Assembly: GCF_042432465.1 (NCBI RefSeq) | Contig: NZ_JBHLXJ010000009.1 | Location: 243,665-267,664 of the forward strand | Reading direction: 5' to 3' | DNA: 24,000 bases | DNA from: Undibacterium danionis | Lineage (GTDB): Bacteria > Pseudomonadota > Gammaproteobacteria > Burkholderiales > Burkholderiaceae_D | In this document: positions 1 to 8,724 of the stretch, piece by piece | Layout of the letters: the number at the start of each line of letters is the position of its first letter | How positions within the stretch are numbered: the first letter of the stretch is position 1 | Translations under genes and position numbers: made by a program | The notes under the pieces: generated by a model | What the model saw: only the letters and a program-made list of their open reading frames with translations | Database searches by the model: none | What the model was told of the DNA's origin: nothing

Positions 1-455
<455 letters not shown>

Positions 456-530
456 TTATCTAGTTACCTGCTAGTGATTAGGTACATCTGGCAGCTCAGT
501 TGCTAGAAAATTAGTTGCTAAAAAAAAGAG

Positions 531-566
531 CGGCACCGTGGAATTTTCACGGTGCCGTTTTTGTTT
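531..566 (+). terminator. Rho-independent terminator downstream of rpoC
   Basis: A perfect 10-bp stem, cggcaccgtg (531-540) with cacggtgccg (548-557), has a 7-nt loop and is followed by tttttgttt. It is preceded by an A8 run. Confidence 0.8.
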
Positions 567-622
567 GTTAGTGCGTAGCGCAGAGATAAAACTCAATTTG
601 TAATACGAAAAAAAGGATAGTC

Positions 623-1423
623 ATGAAGTTAGATCCCGGCCTGATTGATTCCGCTTTGAATGAGTTAAGCCTAGGCCATAATCAATTCCCCGTGACAATC
701 GAGCTAGTCCAAGAGACAGGTTCTACCAACGCCGATTTGATTGCGCGCGCCAAAGAAGGTAATTTAAAAAATGCCACCTTGTTACTGGCAGAAAAGCAAA
801 CCGCTGGGCGTGGGCGGGCAGGGCGAAGCTGGCACTCAATATCGGGTGGCGTGTTAACTTTTTCCTTGGCCTGTCATTTCGAAGCGGGAGTGCAAAGTTT
901 GTTAGGGCTTCCTTTAGCGGTAGGTGTGGCGCTAGTCGAGCGACTAAGGCAAATAGGGGTGCCGGTTAGTTTAAAATGGCCGAACGATATTCTTAAAGAC
1001 AACAAGAAATTGGGCGGCATCTTACTTGAGACTCAGAGCGATGGGCGGGGCGGTGTTTGGGCAGTGATAGGTATCGGCCTGAATTTGCAGATCCCCGCTG
1101 AGCTGGAGCAACTCATAGGGCGAGAAGTTGCTGATGCACCTTGGTTGGCGCAGATGGATAGAAATAACTTAATGGCGCAATTATTACACTCACTAATAGC
1201 TGCTTTGTCTGAATTTCAAGTTCTGGGTTTTTCAGCATTTACAGAGCGTTGGAATCTGCTGCATGCGCATGCTCATCAAGCGGTGACCATCATCGATCAA
1301 GGTCAGATTTTGCATCAAGGAATTGCCTTAGGTGTTGATGCGCAAGGAAGCTTGTTATTACAAACGGAAATAGAAACCCTGCGTATTCATTCAGGGGATG
1401 TGTCTTTGCGTGCTTTGCCGTAA
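623..1423 (+). CDS. birA: biotin--[acetyl-CoA-carboxylase] ligase, class I (no N-terminal HTH)
   Basis: 266 aa. It carries the signature ETGSTNADL ... AEKQTAGRGRAGRSWHS (GRGRxGRxW biotin/ATP loop) and KWPNDIL. SD aagga lies 6 nt upstream of the ATG. Only about 30 aa precede the catalytic core, so there is no wHTH domain. Confidence 0.9.
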   Translation: MKLDPGLIDSALNELSLGHNQFPVTIELVQETGSTNADLIARAKEGNLKNATLLLAEKQTAGRGRAGRSWHSISGGVLTFSLACHFEAGVQSLLGLPLAVGVALVERLRQIGVPVSLKWPNDILKDNKKLGGILLETQSDGRGGVWAVIGIGLNLQIPAELEQLIGREVADAPWLAQMDRNNLMAQLLHSLIAALSEFQVLGFSAFTERWNLLHAHAHQAVTIIDQGQILHQGIALGVDAQGSLLLQTEIETLRIHSGDVSLRALP

Positions 1424-1461
1424 AATGAACTAGTTCTCACCCCTACATTTATCTACTGTTC

Positions 1462-2286
1462 ATGACTCTTCAGCTTCCCTTATTGTTACTTATCGATGCG
1501 GGAAATACACGTATCAAATGGGCGTGTATAGAGCGAAGTTCGGAACACCACTCGGAGCGCCACCTGGAACATGGTTCGGAGTTGTCCTTACCCGTCCAAT
1601 GGATCGCAAGCGGTTCATTGGCGCATCAAGACTTGAATGATTTGCCCGCCTTGTTGTCTGGCTTTCGGGTCGTTGAAATTCTGATGTCGAATGTCGCCGG
1701 AGCAACTGTAGGCGACGCTTTGTGCTCGATGTTTAGATCTCATTTTCCTCAAGTCCCAGTACAAATTTTTCGTTCACAAGCACAGTGCGCTGGCTTGCAG
1801 AATCTTTATATAGAACCGCAGCGATTAGGCTCTGACCGATTCGCCTCAGCGATCGCTGCACACCATTGGTTTCCCAATCAAGCTTGTGTCGTGGCAACCT
1901 GTGGTACGGCGACTACCATAGACGCGGTGGACGGCGCAGATTTTTTGGGTGGAATGATTTTGCCTGGTTTGCAATTAATGGCAGCGTCATTAGCAAAAAA
2001 TACTGCACAGTTGCCTCAGATCGCACAGCATATGGGACTACAGGATACATTTGCGCGTAGCACCGACCAAGCCATAGTCAGCGGCTGTGTGCATGCGCAA
2101 GTGGGCGCTATGCTAAGTGCTATTGATCATCTGCGACAACGTAGTCAGCAACCGGTACAGCTATTAATTTCTGGCGGTGCAGCCGTCTTTCTGATCCCGC
2201 AATTAAAGTTGCAAAGCAATCTGATCTGGCATCATGTTGAGAATCTGGTCTTGTCCGGTCTTTTAGTCGTAGCGAAATCCCCATAG
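1462..2286 (+). CDS. coaX: type III pantothenate kinase
   Basis: 274 aa. The N-terminal LLLIDAGNTRIKWA (ASKHA phosphate-1 motif DxGNT) and the later ATCGTATTIDAV and LISGGAA motifs are typical of CoaX/Baf. The birA-coaX adjacency is typical of betaproteobacteria. Confidence 0.9.
   Translation: MTLQLPLLLLIDAGNTRIKWACIERSSEHHSERHLEHGSELSLPVQWIASGSLAHQDLNDLPALLSGFRVVEILMSNVAGATVGDALCSMFRSHFPQVPVQIFRSQAQCAGLQNLYIEPQRLGSDRFASAIAAHHWFPNQACVVATCGTATTIDAVDGADFLGGMILPGLQLMAASLAKNTAQLPQIAQHMGLQDTFARSTDQAIVSGCVHAQVGAMLSAIDHLRQRSQQPVQLLISGGAAVFLIPQLKLQSNLIWHHVENLVLSGLLVVAKSP
1540..1587 (+). repeat. In-frame degenerate 12-nt tandem repeat (x4) inside coaX
   Basis: The units are tcggaacaccac / tcggagcgccac / ctggaacatggt / tcggagttgtcc. 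They encode SEHH-SERH-LEHG-SELS, an apparent insertion just after the phosphate-1 motif. Confidence 0.7.
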
Positions 2287-2340
2287 CGCTGGCATCATTG
2301 GCACATTAACTTAACCTCTTATTCCGATACTCTATTTATT

Positions 2341-3003
2341 ATGCTGCGATTCTTGTTGTGGATTTTATTGATTATTAATGGCTTATTACTCGCACTGAAT
2401 TTTGGCGTATTCGGAAATTGGGAGCGTGCCGAGCGTGAGCCTACGCGTTTGAAAGCAGAAAAAAATGCTGACAAGTTGAAGGTACTGGCACCTAATGTCG
2501 CGCATGACATGATCGATGCCGCAAGCAAAAAAGCGGTACCTCCTATCGCGTGTTTGGAGTTAGGTGGTATCAACACGGCAGACGCAAAAAGTTTCGAAGA
2601 AAAATTAAAATTACTGGCGCTGGGTGAACGACAAAGCCGTACTGAAATTGCAGAAGTGGCGACCAATATGGTGTATTTGCCGTCCTTGGGAAGCAAAGAT
2701 GCGGCCGACAAAAAAGCAGCGCAATTAAAGAAACTCGGTTTGAGTGAATTCTACATCGTGCAAGATCAATCGCCACTGCGCTGGGGAATCTCCTTAGGTG
2801 TGTTTAAAACACCCGAAGCAGCGCAAACACATCTGGCTAATTTGGTAAAAAAAGGTCTCAAAGAAGCTCGTATCGCCCCTCGTGCAGTGAGTTCAGCGAA
2901 AGTGGTTTATCGTTTGCTAGACATCACACCAGAGGAAAAGAAAAGCCTAGACGCATTGAAAGAAAATCAGAGTGGTGTAGAGATGCATGAGTGCACGCTG
3001 TAA
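2341..3003 (+). CDS. SPOR-domain-like membrane-anchored protein
   Basis: 220 aa. It has an N-terminal TM helix (MLRFLLWILLIINGLLLALNFGVF). The C-terminal half shows repeated beta-alpha-beta-like segments (YIVQDQSPLRWGISLGVFKTPEAAQTHLANLVKKGL) resembling SPOR peptidoglycan-binding repeats. It occupies the position after coaX seen in Burkholderiales. Confidence 0.6.
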   Translation: MLRFLLWILLIINGLLLALNFGVFGNWERAEREPTRLKAEKNADKLKVLAPNVAHDMIDAASKKAVPPIACLELGGINTADAKSFEEKLKLLALGERQSRTEIAEVATNMVYLPSLGSKDAADKKAAQLKKLGLSEFYIVQDQSPLRWGISLGVFKTPEAAQTHLANLVKKGLKEARIAPRAVSSAKVVYRLLDITPEEKKSLDALKENQSGVEMHECTL

Positions 3004-3095
3004 AGCGATGCAATGGTTTGATCCTACTAATTCAGGCACTCATTTATCTACTTTCGTTTCTCTATTTCCTAATTTTTTTGTAGGGACAGTTTATC

Positions 3096-3905
3096 GTGTC
3101 AGCTCCTTTTCACTTTATTCAAGGCCAAGTGCCCTTATTGATTTCCATGCCGCATGTGGGAACTCAAATCCCGCCCGATGTACTCGCTAAGATGAATCCT
3201 GTTGCAGAGTACAAAGCAGATACCGATTGGCATCTGCCGCTACTTTACAATATGCGTGAAGCCTTAGGTGCGTCCTTAATTCATGCTGAGTATTCGCGTT
3301 ATTTGATTGATTTAAATCGGCCATCGGATGACATGAATTTGTATCCGGGGCAGGATACAACAGGCTTATGTCCGGTTGATACCTTTGCTAAAGAAGCCTT
3401 ATATCGCCCGGGACAAAATCCAGACGCGAATGAAATACAGCGCAGGGTTCAAACCTACTGGCAGCCTTATCATCAGCAGTTGCAAGCGGAATTGCAACGT
3501 TTGCGCGACCTGCATGGTATTGCGATTCTGTGGGATGCGCACTCCATTGCGTCACAAGTGCCACGTTTTTTTGAGGGGCGCTTACCCGATTTGAACTTTG
3601 GTACTGCCGATCAAAAATCTTGCGATAGTGGCTTGCAAGCAGCCTTGGCGCAGGTGATGGTACAACATGGCGCGCCCTACACCCATGTGTTTAATGGACG
3701 CTTTAAAGGTGGACACATCACACGTCACTATGGACAACCAGCGAATCAACTTCATGCTGTTCAACTAGAAATGAGTCAATGTGTGTATATGGACGAAAAC
3801 CATCCATTCGCGTATCGAGAAGATTTGGCGGCGCAGATTCAACCATTATTAAATCGATTATTGCAAACCTGCATTACCTGGGCAACGGCGCAACCGCGCA
3901 ATTAA
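3096..3905 (+). CDS. hutG: N-formylglutamate deformylase (amidohydrolase)
   Basis: 269 aa with a GTG start and SD aggga 9 nt upstream. It is colinear with Pseudomonas HutG as I recall it: ...QGxxPLLISMPH.G..., DTDWH, AEYSRYLIDLNRP, LWDAHSI, LPDLNFGT, NGRFKGGHITRHYG.P....HAVQLE. Confidence 0.9.
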   Translation: MSAPFHFIQGQVPLLISMPHVGTQIPPDVLAKMNPVAEYKADTDWHLPLLYNMREALGASLIHAEYSRYLIDLNRPSDDMNLYPGQDTTGLCPVDTFAKEALYRPGQNPDANEIQRRVQTYWQPYHQQLQAELQRLRDLHGIAILWDAHSIASQVPRFFEGRLPDLNFGTADQKSCDSGLQAALAQVMVQHGAPYTHVFNGRFKGGHITRHYGQPANQLHAVQLEMSQCVYMDENHPFAYREDLAAQIQPLLNRLLQTCITWATAQPRN

Positions 3906-3955
3906 GTGGTACAACTAAGTGGCACAACTAAGTGACACAACTAAGTGACACAACT
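3904..3955. repeat. 4 x 13-bp tandem repeat (AAGTGRYACAACT) between hutG and hutF
   Basis: The units are aagtggtacaact aagtggcacaact aagtgacacaact aagtgacacaact. The array starts inside the hutG stop codon (TAA 3903-3905). Confidence 0.9.
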
Positions 3956-4004
3956 TAATCGTTCTCCATCACTAGGCAATGTCAGGTCTATCAGGAACTA
4001 AGAA

Positions 4005-5384
4005 ATGAATACAAGTAGCACGCATACACTCTTCGCCCAGCAGGCTTTATTACCTGAAGGCTGGGTCGCCAATGTGCGTTTGCATTGGGATGCGCAGGGT
4101 AATTTTAGTCAAATCGAAACAGCTGCTACACCGACAGCCTATGAGCCTCAGTACGGCTACGTTTCACCCGGCATGACGAATTTGCACTCGCATGCTTTTC
4201 AAAGAGCGATGGCGGGTATGACGGAGATCGCTGGTGAAGGGCCGGACAGTTTTTGGACTTGGCGCGATCTGATGTATCGCTATGCCTTAGCGATTTCACC
4301 TGAGCAGATGCAGGCGATTGCAGCGCAGTTGTATTCCGAATGCCTACGTCATGGTTACACCTCGATATGCGAATTCCATTACGTACATCGCGCGCCTGAA
4401 GGTGTGTTTTATGCTGATATTGCGGAGACCTCGAAACAGGTCATCGCGGCAGCAAACAGCACAGGTATGGGAATTAGTATGTTGCCCGTGTTGTACAGTT
4501 ATGCCGATTTTAATCATCAACCGTTGCGCGACGATCAGCGTCGTTTTAATACCAATGTAGAGCAGATACTGCAGATTATTCAAGCATTAGAAAACCAGCG
4601 TAACGCGCAAGTAGAAGTAGGTGTGGCACCGCATTCTCTGCGTGCCGCTAGCACGGAGCAAATTGCAGAATTAGTCGCTGCGATGCCGCAGGGACGCCAG
4701 ATTCATATTCATATTGCGGAACAAATGCGCGAAGTGAACGCCTGCATCGCAGCGACGGGTAAGCGTCCAGTTGAATTACTGTTTGATACACAAAGTGTGG
4801 ATGAACGTTGGTGCTTAGTGCATGCGACGCATTTGAATCAACACGAAGTTGCGAATATGGCGGCGAGCAAATCGGTTGCCGGTATTTGCACTTCGACTGA
4901 AGGCAATTTGGGGGATGGTTTCTTTGAATTACCCGACTATATCGCGGCGCAAGGACGCTTTGGTATTGGTACTGATAGTCATGCTTCACAAAGCGTGGTG
5001 GAAGAAATTCGTTGGCTGGAATATGGACAGCGCTTAAAAGCGCAGGGCCGTAACATCGCCAGCGTCAAAGGCCAAAGACGGGTCGCAGATTATTTGTGGC
5101 AACAATGTTTGCAAGGCGGCGCACAAGCATCAGGGCGTAAGCTTGGCCAACTAAAAATAGAACATAGAGCCGACTTTATTATCTTTGATGATCAACATCC
5201 CAATTTACAAAATCTGGATGTGGCTGATGTATTGAGTAGCGTAGTATTTACGGGTAATGACAATTTAATTCGTGATGTCTTTGTCGGAGGACAGCAGGTC
5301 GTCGCCGCAGGGCGCCATCGCGATCAGGCGCAGATTAATGCGAATTACGTGGCTTGTATGCGGCAGTTGCGTCAGCTGAAGTAG
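4005..5384 (+). CDS. hutF: formimidoylglutamate deiminase
   Basis: 459 aa with SD aggaa upstream. It shows the amidohydrolase-superfamily pattern of HutF: LLPEGW...PGM.NLHSHAFQRAMAG..E......DSFWTWR.LMY, HIHIAEQ..EV, RWCLVHATH, GIGTDSH, EE.RWLEYGQRL. Confidence 0.9.
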   Translation: MNTSSTHTLFAQQALLPEGWVANVRLHWDAQGNFSQIETAATPTAYEPQYGYVSPGMTNLHSHAFQRAMAGMTEIAGEGPDSFWTWRDLMYRYALAISPEQMQAIAAQLYSECLRHGYTSICEFHYVHRAPEGVFYADIAETSKQVIAAANSTGMGISMLPVLYSYADFNHQPLRDDQRRFNTNVEQILQIIQALENQRNAQVEVGVAPHSLRAASTEQIAELVAAMPQGRQIHIHIAEQMREVNACIAATGKRPVELLFDTQSVDERWCLVHATHLNQHEVANMAASKSVAGICTSTEGNLGDGFFELPDYIAAQGRFGIGTDSHASQSVVEEIRWLEYGQRLKAQGRNIASVKGQRRVADYLWQQCLQGGAQASGRKLGQLKIEHRADFIIFDDQHPNLQNLDVADVLSSVVFTGNDNLIRDVFVGGQQVVAAGRHRDQAQINANYVACMRQLRQLK

Positions 5385-5516
5385 TCGTGAAACGGATTCA
5401 TGCAAAGAAGTAGCGGTGGTGCGCATGGTGCACCCTACTTGGTTGGCGTACATCATGTAATTTGGATTAATTTGGGTGCAGTCAAAAATATTTAATAAGA
5501 AGTATATGGGAGATCT

Positions 5517-7346
5517 ATGAAAAAATTTACGACCAACACAGTAGCAGGATTACTCATCAGTATAGGTCTGTGCAGCGTGCCAGCATGGGCGGCGACCAGC
5601 GTTATGCACGAAACACCATCGAAGACCGAATCGACTGTCAGTAAAGCGAACGCGACTTTGCCAGCGCGTTTGAAAGCGTTGGATAATTTGCTGGTCGAGC
5701 AATGGGAATATAGCCTGCGTACCAATCCAGAATACGCATCTATGTTAGGCGATAAGCGTTTCAACGATCAACTGCGCGATTTCTCACAAGCTGCGATTGA
5801 TGCCAATTTGAAAAAGAGTCGCGAGTTTTTGAAACGCTTGAAAGCCATCGACACCACTGGTTTTGATGTGCAGCAAAAATTGAACAAAGACTTGATGGTC
5901 CGTCAGTTACAAGAGGAATTGGAAGGCGCGCGTTTTCAGAATTGGCAAATGCCGGTACTCCAAAATTCCGGAGTACATTTAGATACACCAGAGCTGGTGA
6001 CGATGTTAAGTTTTACCAGCGTCAAAGACTATGAAGACTACCTTGCGCGTCTGAATAAATTGCCGACCTTGTTTGAACAGACCATAGTGCAAATGCGTAA
6101 GGGTGTAAAAAATAAGATCATGCCGCCGCAATTTCTTCTGCCAAAAATCGCGCGTCAATGTGATGACATCGTCGCGATGAGCATGGAAACTTCACCCTTT
6201 GCTAAACCGGTCGCGCAGTTTCCTGCTGATATTTCGGAAGCCGATCAGTTGCGCCTGAAGACTGCCATCTTGGCGGCGATACAAACCAAGGTAATACCTG
6301 CGTATCAGAATTTTGCTAATTTCGTACGCAGTGACTACGCCCCTTATGGTCGTAAAGACGTCGGTTTATGGTCACTGCCAGACGGCGCTGCTCGGTATAA
6401 ATTGCAAGTGAAAACGCAAACGACTACCAATAAAACGCCAGAAGAAATTCATCAAATTGGCTTAAGTGAAGTACGACGCATAGAAGCTCAGATGTTAGAA
6501 GTGGCAAAAAAATTGGGCTTCGCTGATTTGAAATCCTTCAATACGTCGATGGAAAAAAATCCCGCCTTACACCCTAAATCGCGCCAAGAAATTCTAGATT
6601 TGTATACCAAGTACACTGATCAGATGTACACCAAAATTCCAGAATTATTTGGTCGCTTGCCTAAAGCAAAAGTGAGAATTATGGCGGTGGAAGAATTTCG
6701 CGAAAAAGAAGCAGCAGGCGCTTCCTACAATCCTGGCGCGGCGGATGGCTCACGTCCTGGTCATGTGATGGTGAACACCGGTGATTTTGCCAATCGCATG
6801 ACTTTGTCGATAGAGACGACTGCCTTGCACGAAGGCGTACCCGGTCATCACATGCAAATCGCGATTGCGCAAGAATTAGAAGGCTTACCACCTTATCGTC
6901 AGCAGGGCGGGAATAATGCTTATGTCGAAGGTTGGGCTTTGTATTCTGAACGCTTGGGACAGGAGCTGGGATTCTTTCAAGATCCGTATAGTTTTTACGG
7001 ACACTTACAAGATGAAATGTTGCGTGCCATTCGTTTAGTGGTCGATACCGGTTTGCATTATAAAAAATGGAATCGTCAGCAAGTCGTTGATTTTTTCCGT
7101 AATCATTCTGGGATAGAAGAAGTGGAAATTCAAAGTGAAACTGACCGCTACATCGTTTGGCCGGGTCAAGCTTTGGGTTATAAAATCGGTCAATTAAAGA
7201 TTTTAGAGTTACGTGATTACGCCAGCAAAACTTTGGGCACAAAATTTAGTCTAAAAGCCTTTCATGATGAAGTGTTGGGCGCGGGCGCTTTGCCTTTAGA
7301 TATTTTGGAAACACGTATTCATACGTGGGTGAAGTCGCAGCAATAG
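5517..7346 (+). CDS. DUF885-family secreted protein (putative metallopeptidase-like)
   Basis: 609 aa with SD gggag. It has a signal peptide (MKKFTTNTVAGLLISIGLCSVPAWA|AT). The C-terminal LHEGVPGHHMQ ... EGWALYSE ... R.VVDTGLH ... E.DRY...PGQALGYKIG block is characteristic of DUF885. Confidence 0.8.
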   Translation: MKKFTTNTVAGLLISIGLCSVPAWAATSVMHETPSKTESTVSKANATLPARLKALDNLLVEQWEYSLRTNPEYASMLGDKRFNDQLRDFSQAAIDANLKKSREFLKRLKAIDTTGFDVQQKLNKDLMVRQLQEELEGARFQNWQMPVLQNSGVHLDTPELVTMLSFTSVKDYEDYLARLNKLPTLFEQTIVQMRKGVKNKIMPPQFLLPKIARQCDDIVAMSMETSPFAKPVAQFPADISEADQLRLKTAILAAIQTKVIPAYQNFANFVRSDYAPYGRKDVGLWSLPDGAARYKLQVKTQTTTNKTPEEIHQIGLSEVRRIEAQMLEVAKKLGFADLKSFNTSMEKNPALHPKSRQEILDLYTKYTDQMYTKIPELFGRLPKAKVRIMAVEEFREKEAAGASYNPGAADGSRPGHVMVNTGDFANRMTLSIETTALHEGVPGHHMQIAIAQELEGLPPYRQQGGNNAYVEGWALYSERLGQELGFFQDPYSFYGHLQDEMLRAIRLVVDTGLHYKKWNRQQVVDFFRNHSGIEEVEIQSETDRYIVWPGQALGYKIGQLKILELRDYASKTLGTKFSLKAFHDEVLGAGALPLDILETRIHTWVKSQQ

Positions 7347-7370
7347 TTGATTAATTGGATTTAATAGCTA

Positions 7371-7420
7371 CGGGTGTCAAAATTACATGGTGAATGTGGT
7401 TTTGACACCCGTTTTGCTTT
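7371..7420 (+). terminator. Rho-independent terminator after the DUF885 gene
   Basis: A 12-bp stem, cgggtgtcaaaa (7371-7382) with ttttgacacccg (7400-7411), is followed by ttttgcttt. Confidence 0.8.
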
Positions 7421-7457
7421 AACTAGCTTTAATTTACTTTAACTTGCCGTAAATAAG

Positions 7458-7487
7458 TTGCCACACTTCAATTGGCGCGAGTAGAAT
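7458..7487 (+). promoter_or_regulatory. Putative sigma70 promoter for the 90-aa ORF
   Basis: TTGCCA (7458-7463), an 18-nt spacer, then TAGAAT (7482-7487). Each hexamer matches consensus at 5/6 positions. It lies about 40 nt upstream of the ATG at 7529. Confidence 0.4.
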
Positions 7488-7528
7488 CGAATTTCTCACT
7501 TTGATTTTTCAACTCTTTTGGAGCTGCC

Positions 7529-7801
7529 ATGGGTGCCTTTGCGATGCCAGTGTATATGCTGGAATTCACTCCGAAAACCATCTCCTCTTTGCTATCGCAA
7601 AATGCGATTGATGGCGGAGAAGTTGACTTAGATGTGTACAATAAAAATGATCTGTCTATCAAGCTCGCAGCAAAGGGGCAACGCCTGAAATCCGATCCTG
7701 ATATGTTCAGGATTATCACTGTTCACGATGGCGTGACGAACGAACATGATTGGAATTTCACCATCCTGCGTGAATCGGCAGACCGTAGTCGTAAGCGCTA
7801 G
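7529..7801 (+). CDS. hypothetical protein (90 aa, orphan)
   Basis: SD ggag lies 7 nt upstream of the ATG, and there is an upstream sigma70-like promoter. The amino-acid composition is balanced and protein-like, unlike the overlapping antisense ORF. I recognise no family. Confidence 0.45.
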   Translation: MGAFAMPVYMLEFTPKTISSLLSQNAIDGGEVDLDVYNKNDLSIKLAAKGQRLKSDPDMFRIITVHDGVTNEHDWNFTILRESADRSRKR

Positions 7802-7849
7802 TGAGTTTCTAGCGACTAGTCTGCGGTTTGCTCAGATTTGAGTAGGGCA

Positions 7850-8500
7850 TCAGCCCTTCCAGCTTCTTTTAAGTCCGGTGTCCGTGTGTACCCAGCCGCC
7901 TTTGCTGCTGGCTCTGAAATAGAATCCCACGCCACCTTGTCTGAAGCTTTGAATCAATTCACCTAATACCTCTTCGTGCAAATCACCGATACGAATATCG
8001 GCGGCTTTGCCTTCCAGATGTAGGGATTTACGTGCTGCGGGAATTCCTTCTTCACGTAGCCTTTGATTCGATTCTGGTGTGCGGTAGCCAGATAAAACTT
8101 CCAAAGGTTTGGTCATGCCAAAGCGGGTAATAAATGCTTGGGTCGCCCACAAGGTTTCTAATAATTTGGGATCAATAGGCGCTGTTTTTTTTCCGTTCAC
8201 ATCGCGCAGCACATGACAAAATTGTTGGTAGGCGCTGTCTATCATGTCGCCATCTTTCCAGTACAGTAATTTGACCCGCTCGCCACTGGCAGGGCGTATC
8301 AAATCTAGAGTGCGTGGCTTTAACCAAAAATCCATATCCAATGCCTGAGCATCGAATAGGTCAGGTGGCGGTGTTAGTTTAGTCGCTTTGTTCGTCGTAT
8401 CCACTTCTTGCGCGATGCTAAGGGCAGCGCGACTTCCTAAAAAAAGTCCACTAGCCGTAAGCAGTAAAGATTTTTTAAAAAATTGGCGACGATTTTGCAT
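7850..8500 (-). CDS. Tat-exported DUF882 / peptidase M15 family protein (YcbK/MepK-like murein endopeptidase)
   Basis: 216 aa. It has a twin-arginine signal (MQNRRQFFKKSLLLTASGLFLGSRAALS). The C-terminal SGYRTPESN...SLHLEGKAADIRI....GGVGFY......WVHTDTG is the DUF882 zinc-peptidase pattern. Confidence 0.8.
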   Translation of the reverse strand: MQNRRQFFKKSLLLTASGLFLGSRAALSIAQEVDTTNKATKLTPPPDLFDAQALDMDFWLKPRTLDLIRPASGERVKLLYWKDGDMIDSAYQQFCHVLRDVNGKKTAPIDPKLLETLWATQAFITRFGMTKPLEVLSGYRTPESNQRLREEGIPAARKSLHLEGKAADIRIGDLHEEVLGELIQSFRQGGVGFYFRASSKGGWVHTDTGLKRSWKG

Positions 8501-8724
8501 GTGATTTTATTTGGCTAATATTTGAAAAACAGTTGGAACAAAAGTTGAAAAAACGCAGGTGAAAAAACAAATCGCGAGCTATTGCTTCCAACATACATTG
8601 AATGATGCGATTTTAGTTGAGTATATGCTTTCTTGTCTTGAGTGTTGTACCCAGATGTGAAATTTTCTTTGCGCACTTTGTCCTATAATAGCTAACTCAC
8701 TTTCCCCCTTCCTTTGATTGCCGC

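Noticed and set aside
3904-3955. Could the 13-bp repeats be a miniature CRISPR array?
   Set aside because: The repeats are directly abutting with no spacers and are far too short. No cas genes are present.
5408-5440. A hairpin after hutF (aagtag...ctactt with an inner GC stem) as an intrinsic terminator.
   Set aside because: No U-tract follows, and the stem is interrupted. I cannot support a terminator call from sequence alone.
6679-7242. A 187-aa antisense ORF inside the DUF885 gene.
   Set aside because: It is a shadow ORF opposite a well-supported CDS, with implausible composition (Arg/Ser/Cys/Pro-rich) and no start context.
8185-8192. A T8 homopolymer (A8 on the coding strand) inside the DUF882 gene, as a possible phase-variation tract.
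   Set aside because: Eight nucleotides is at the low end for slipped-strand switching, and it simply encodes Lys-Lys. There is no evidence of variation from a single sequence.
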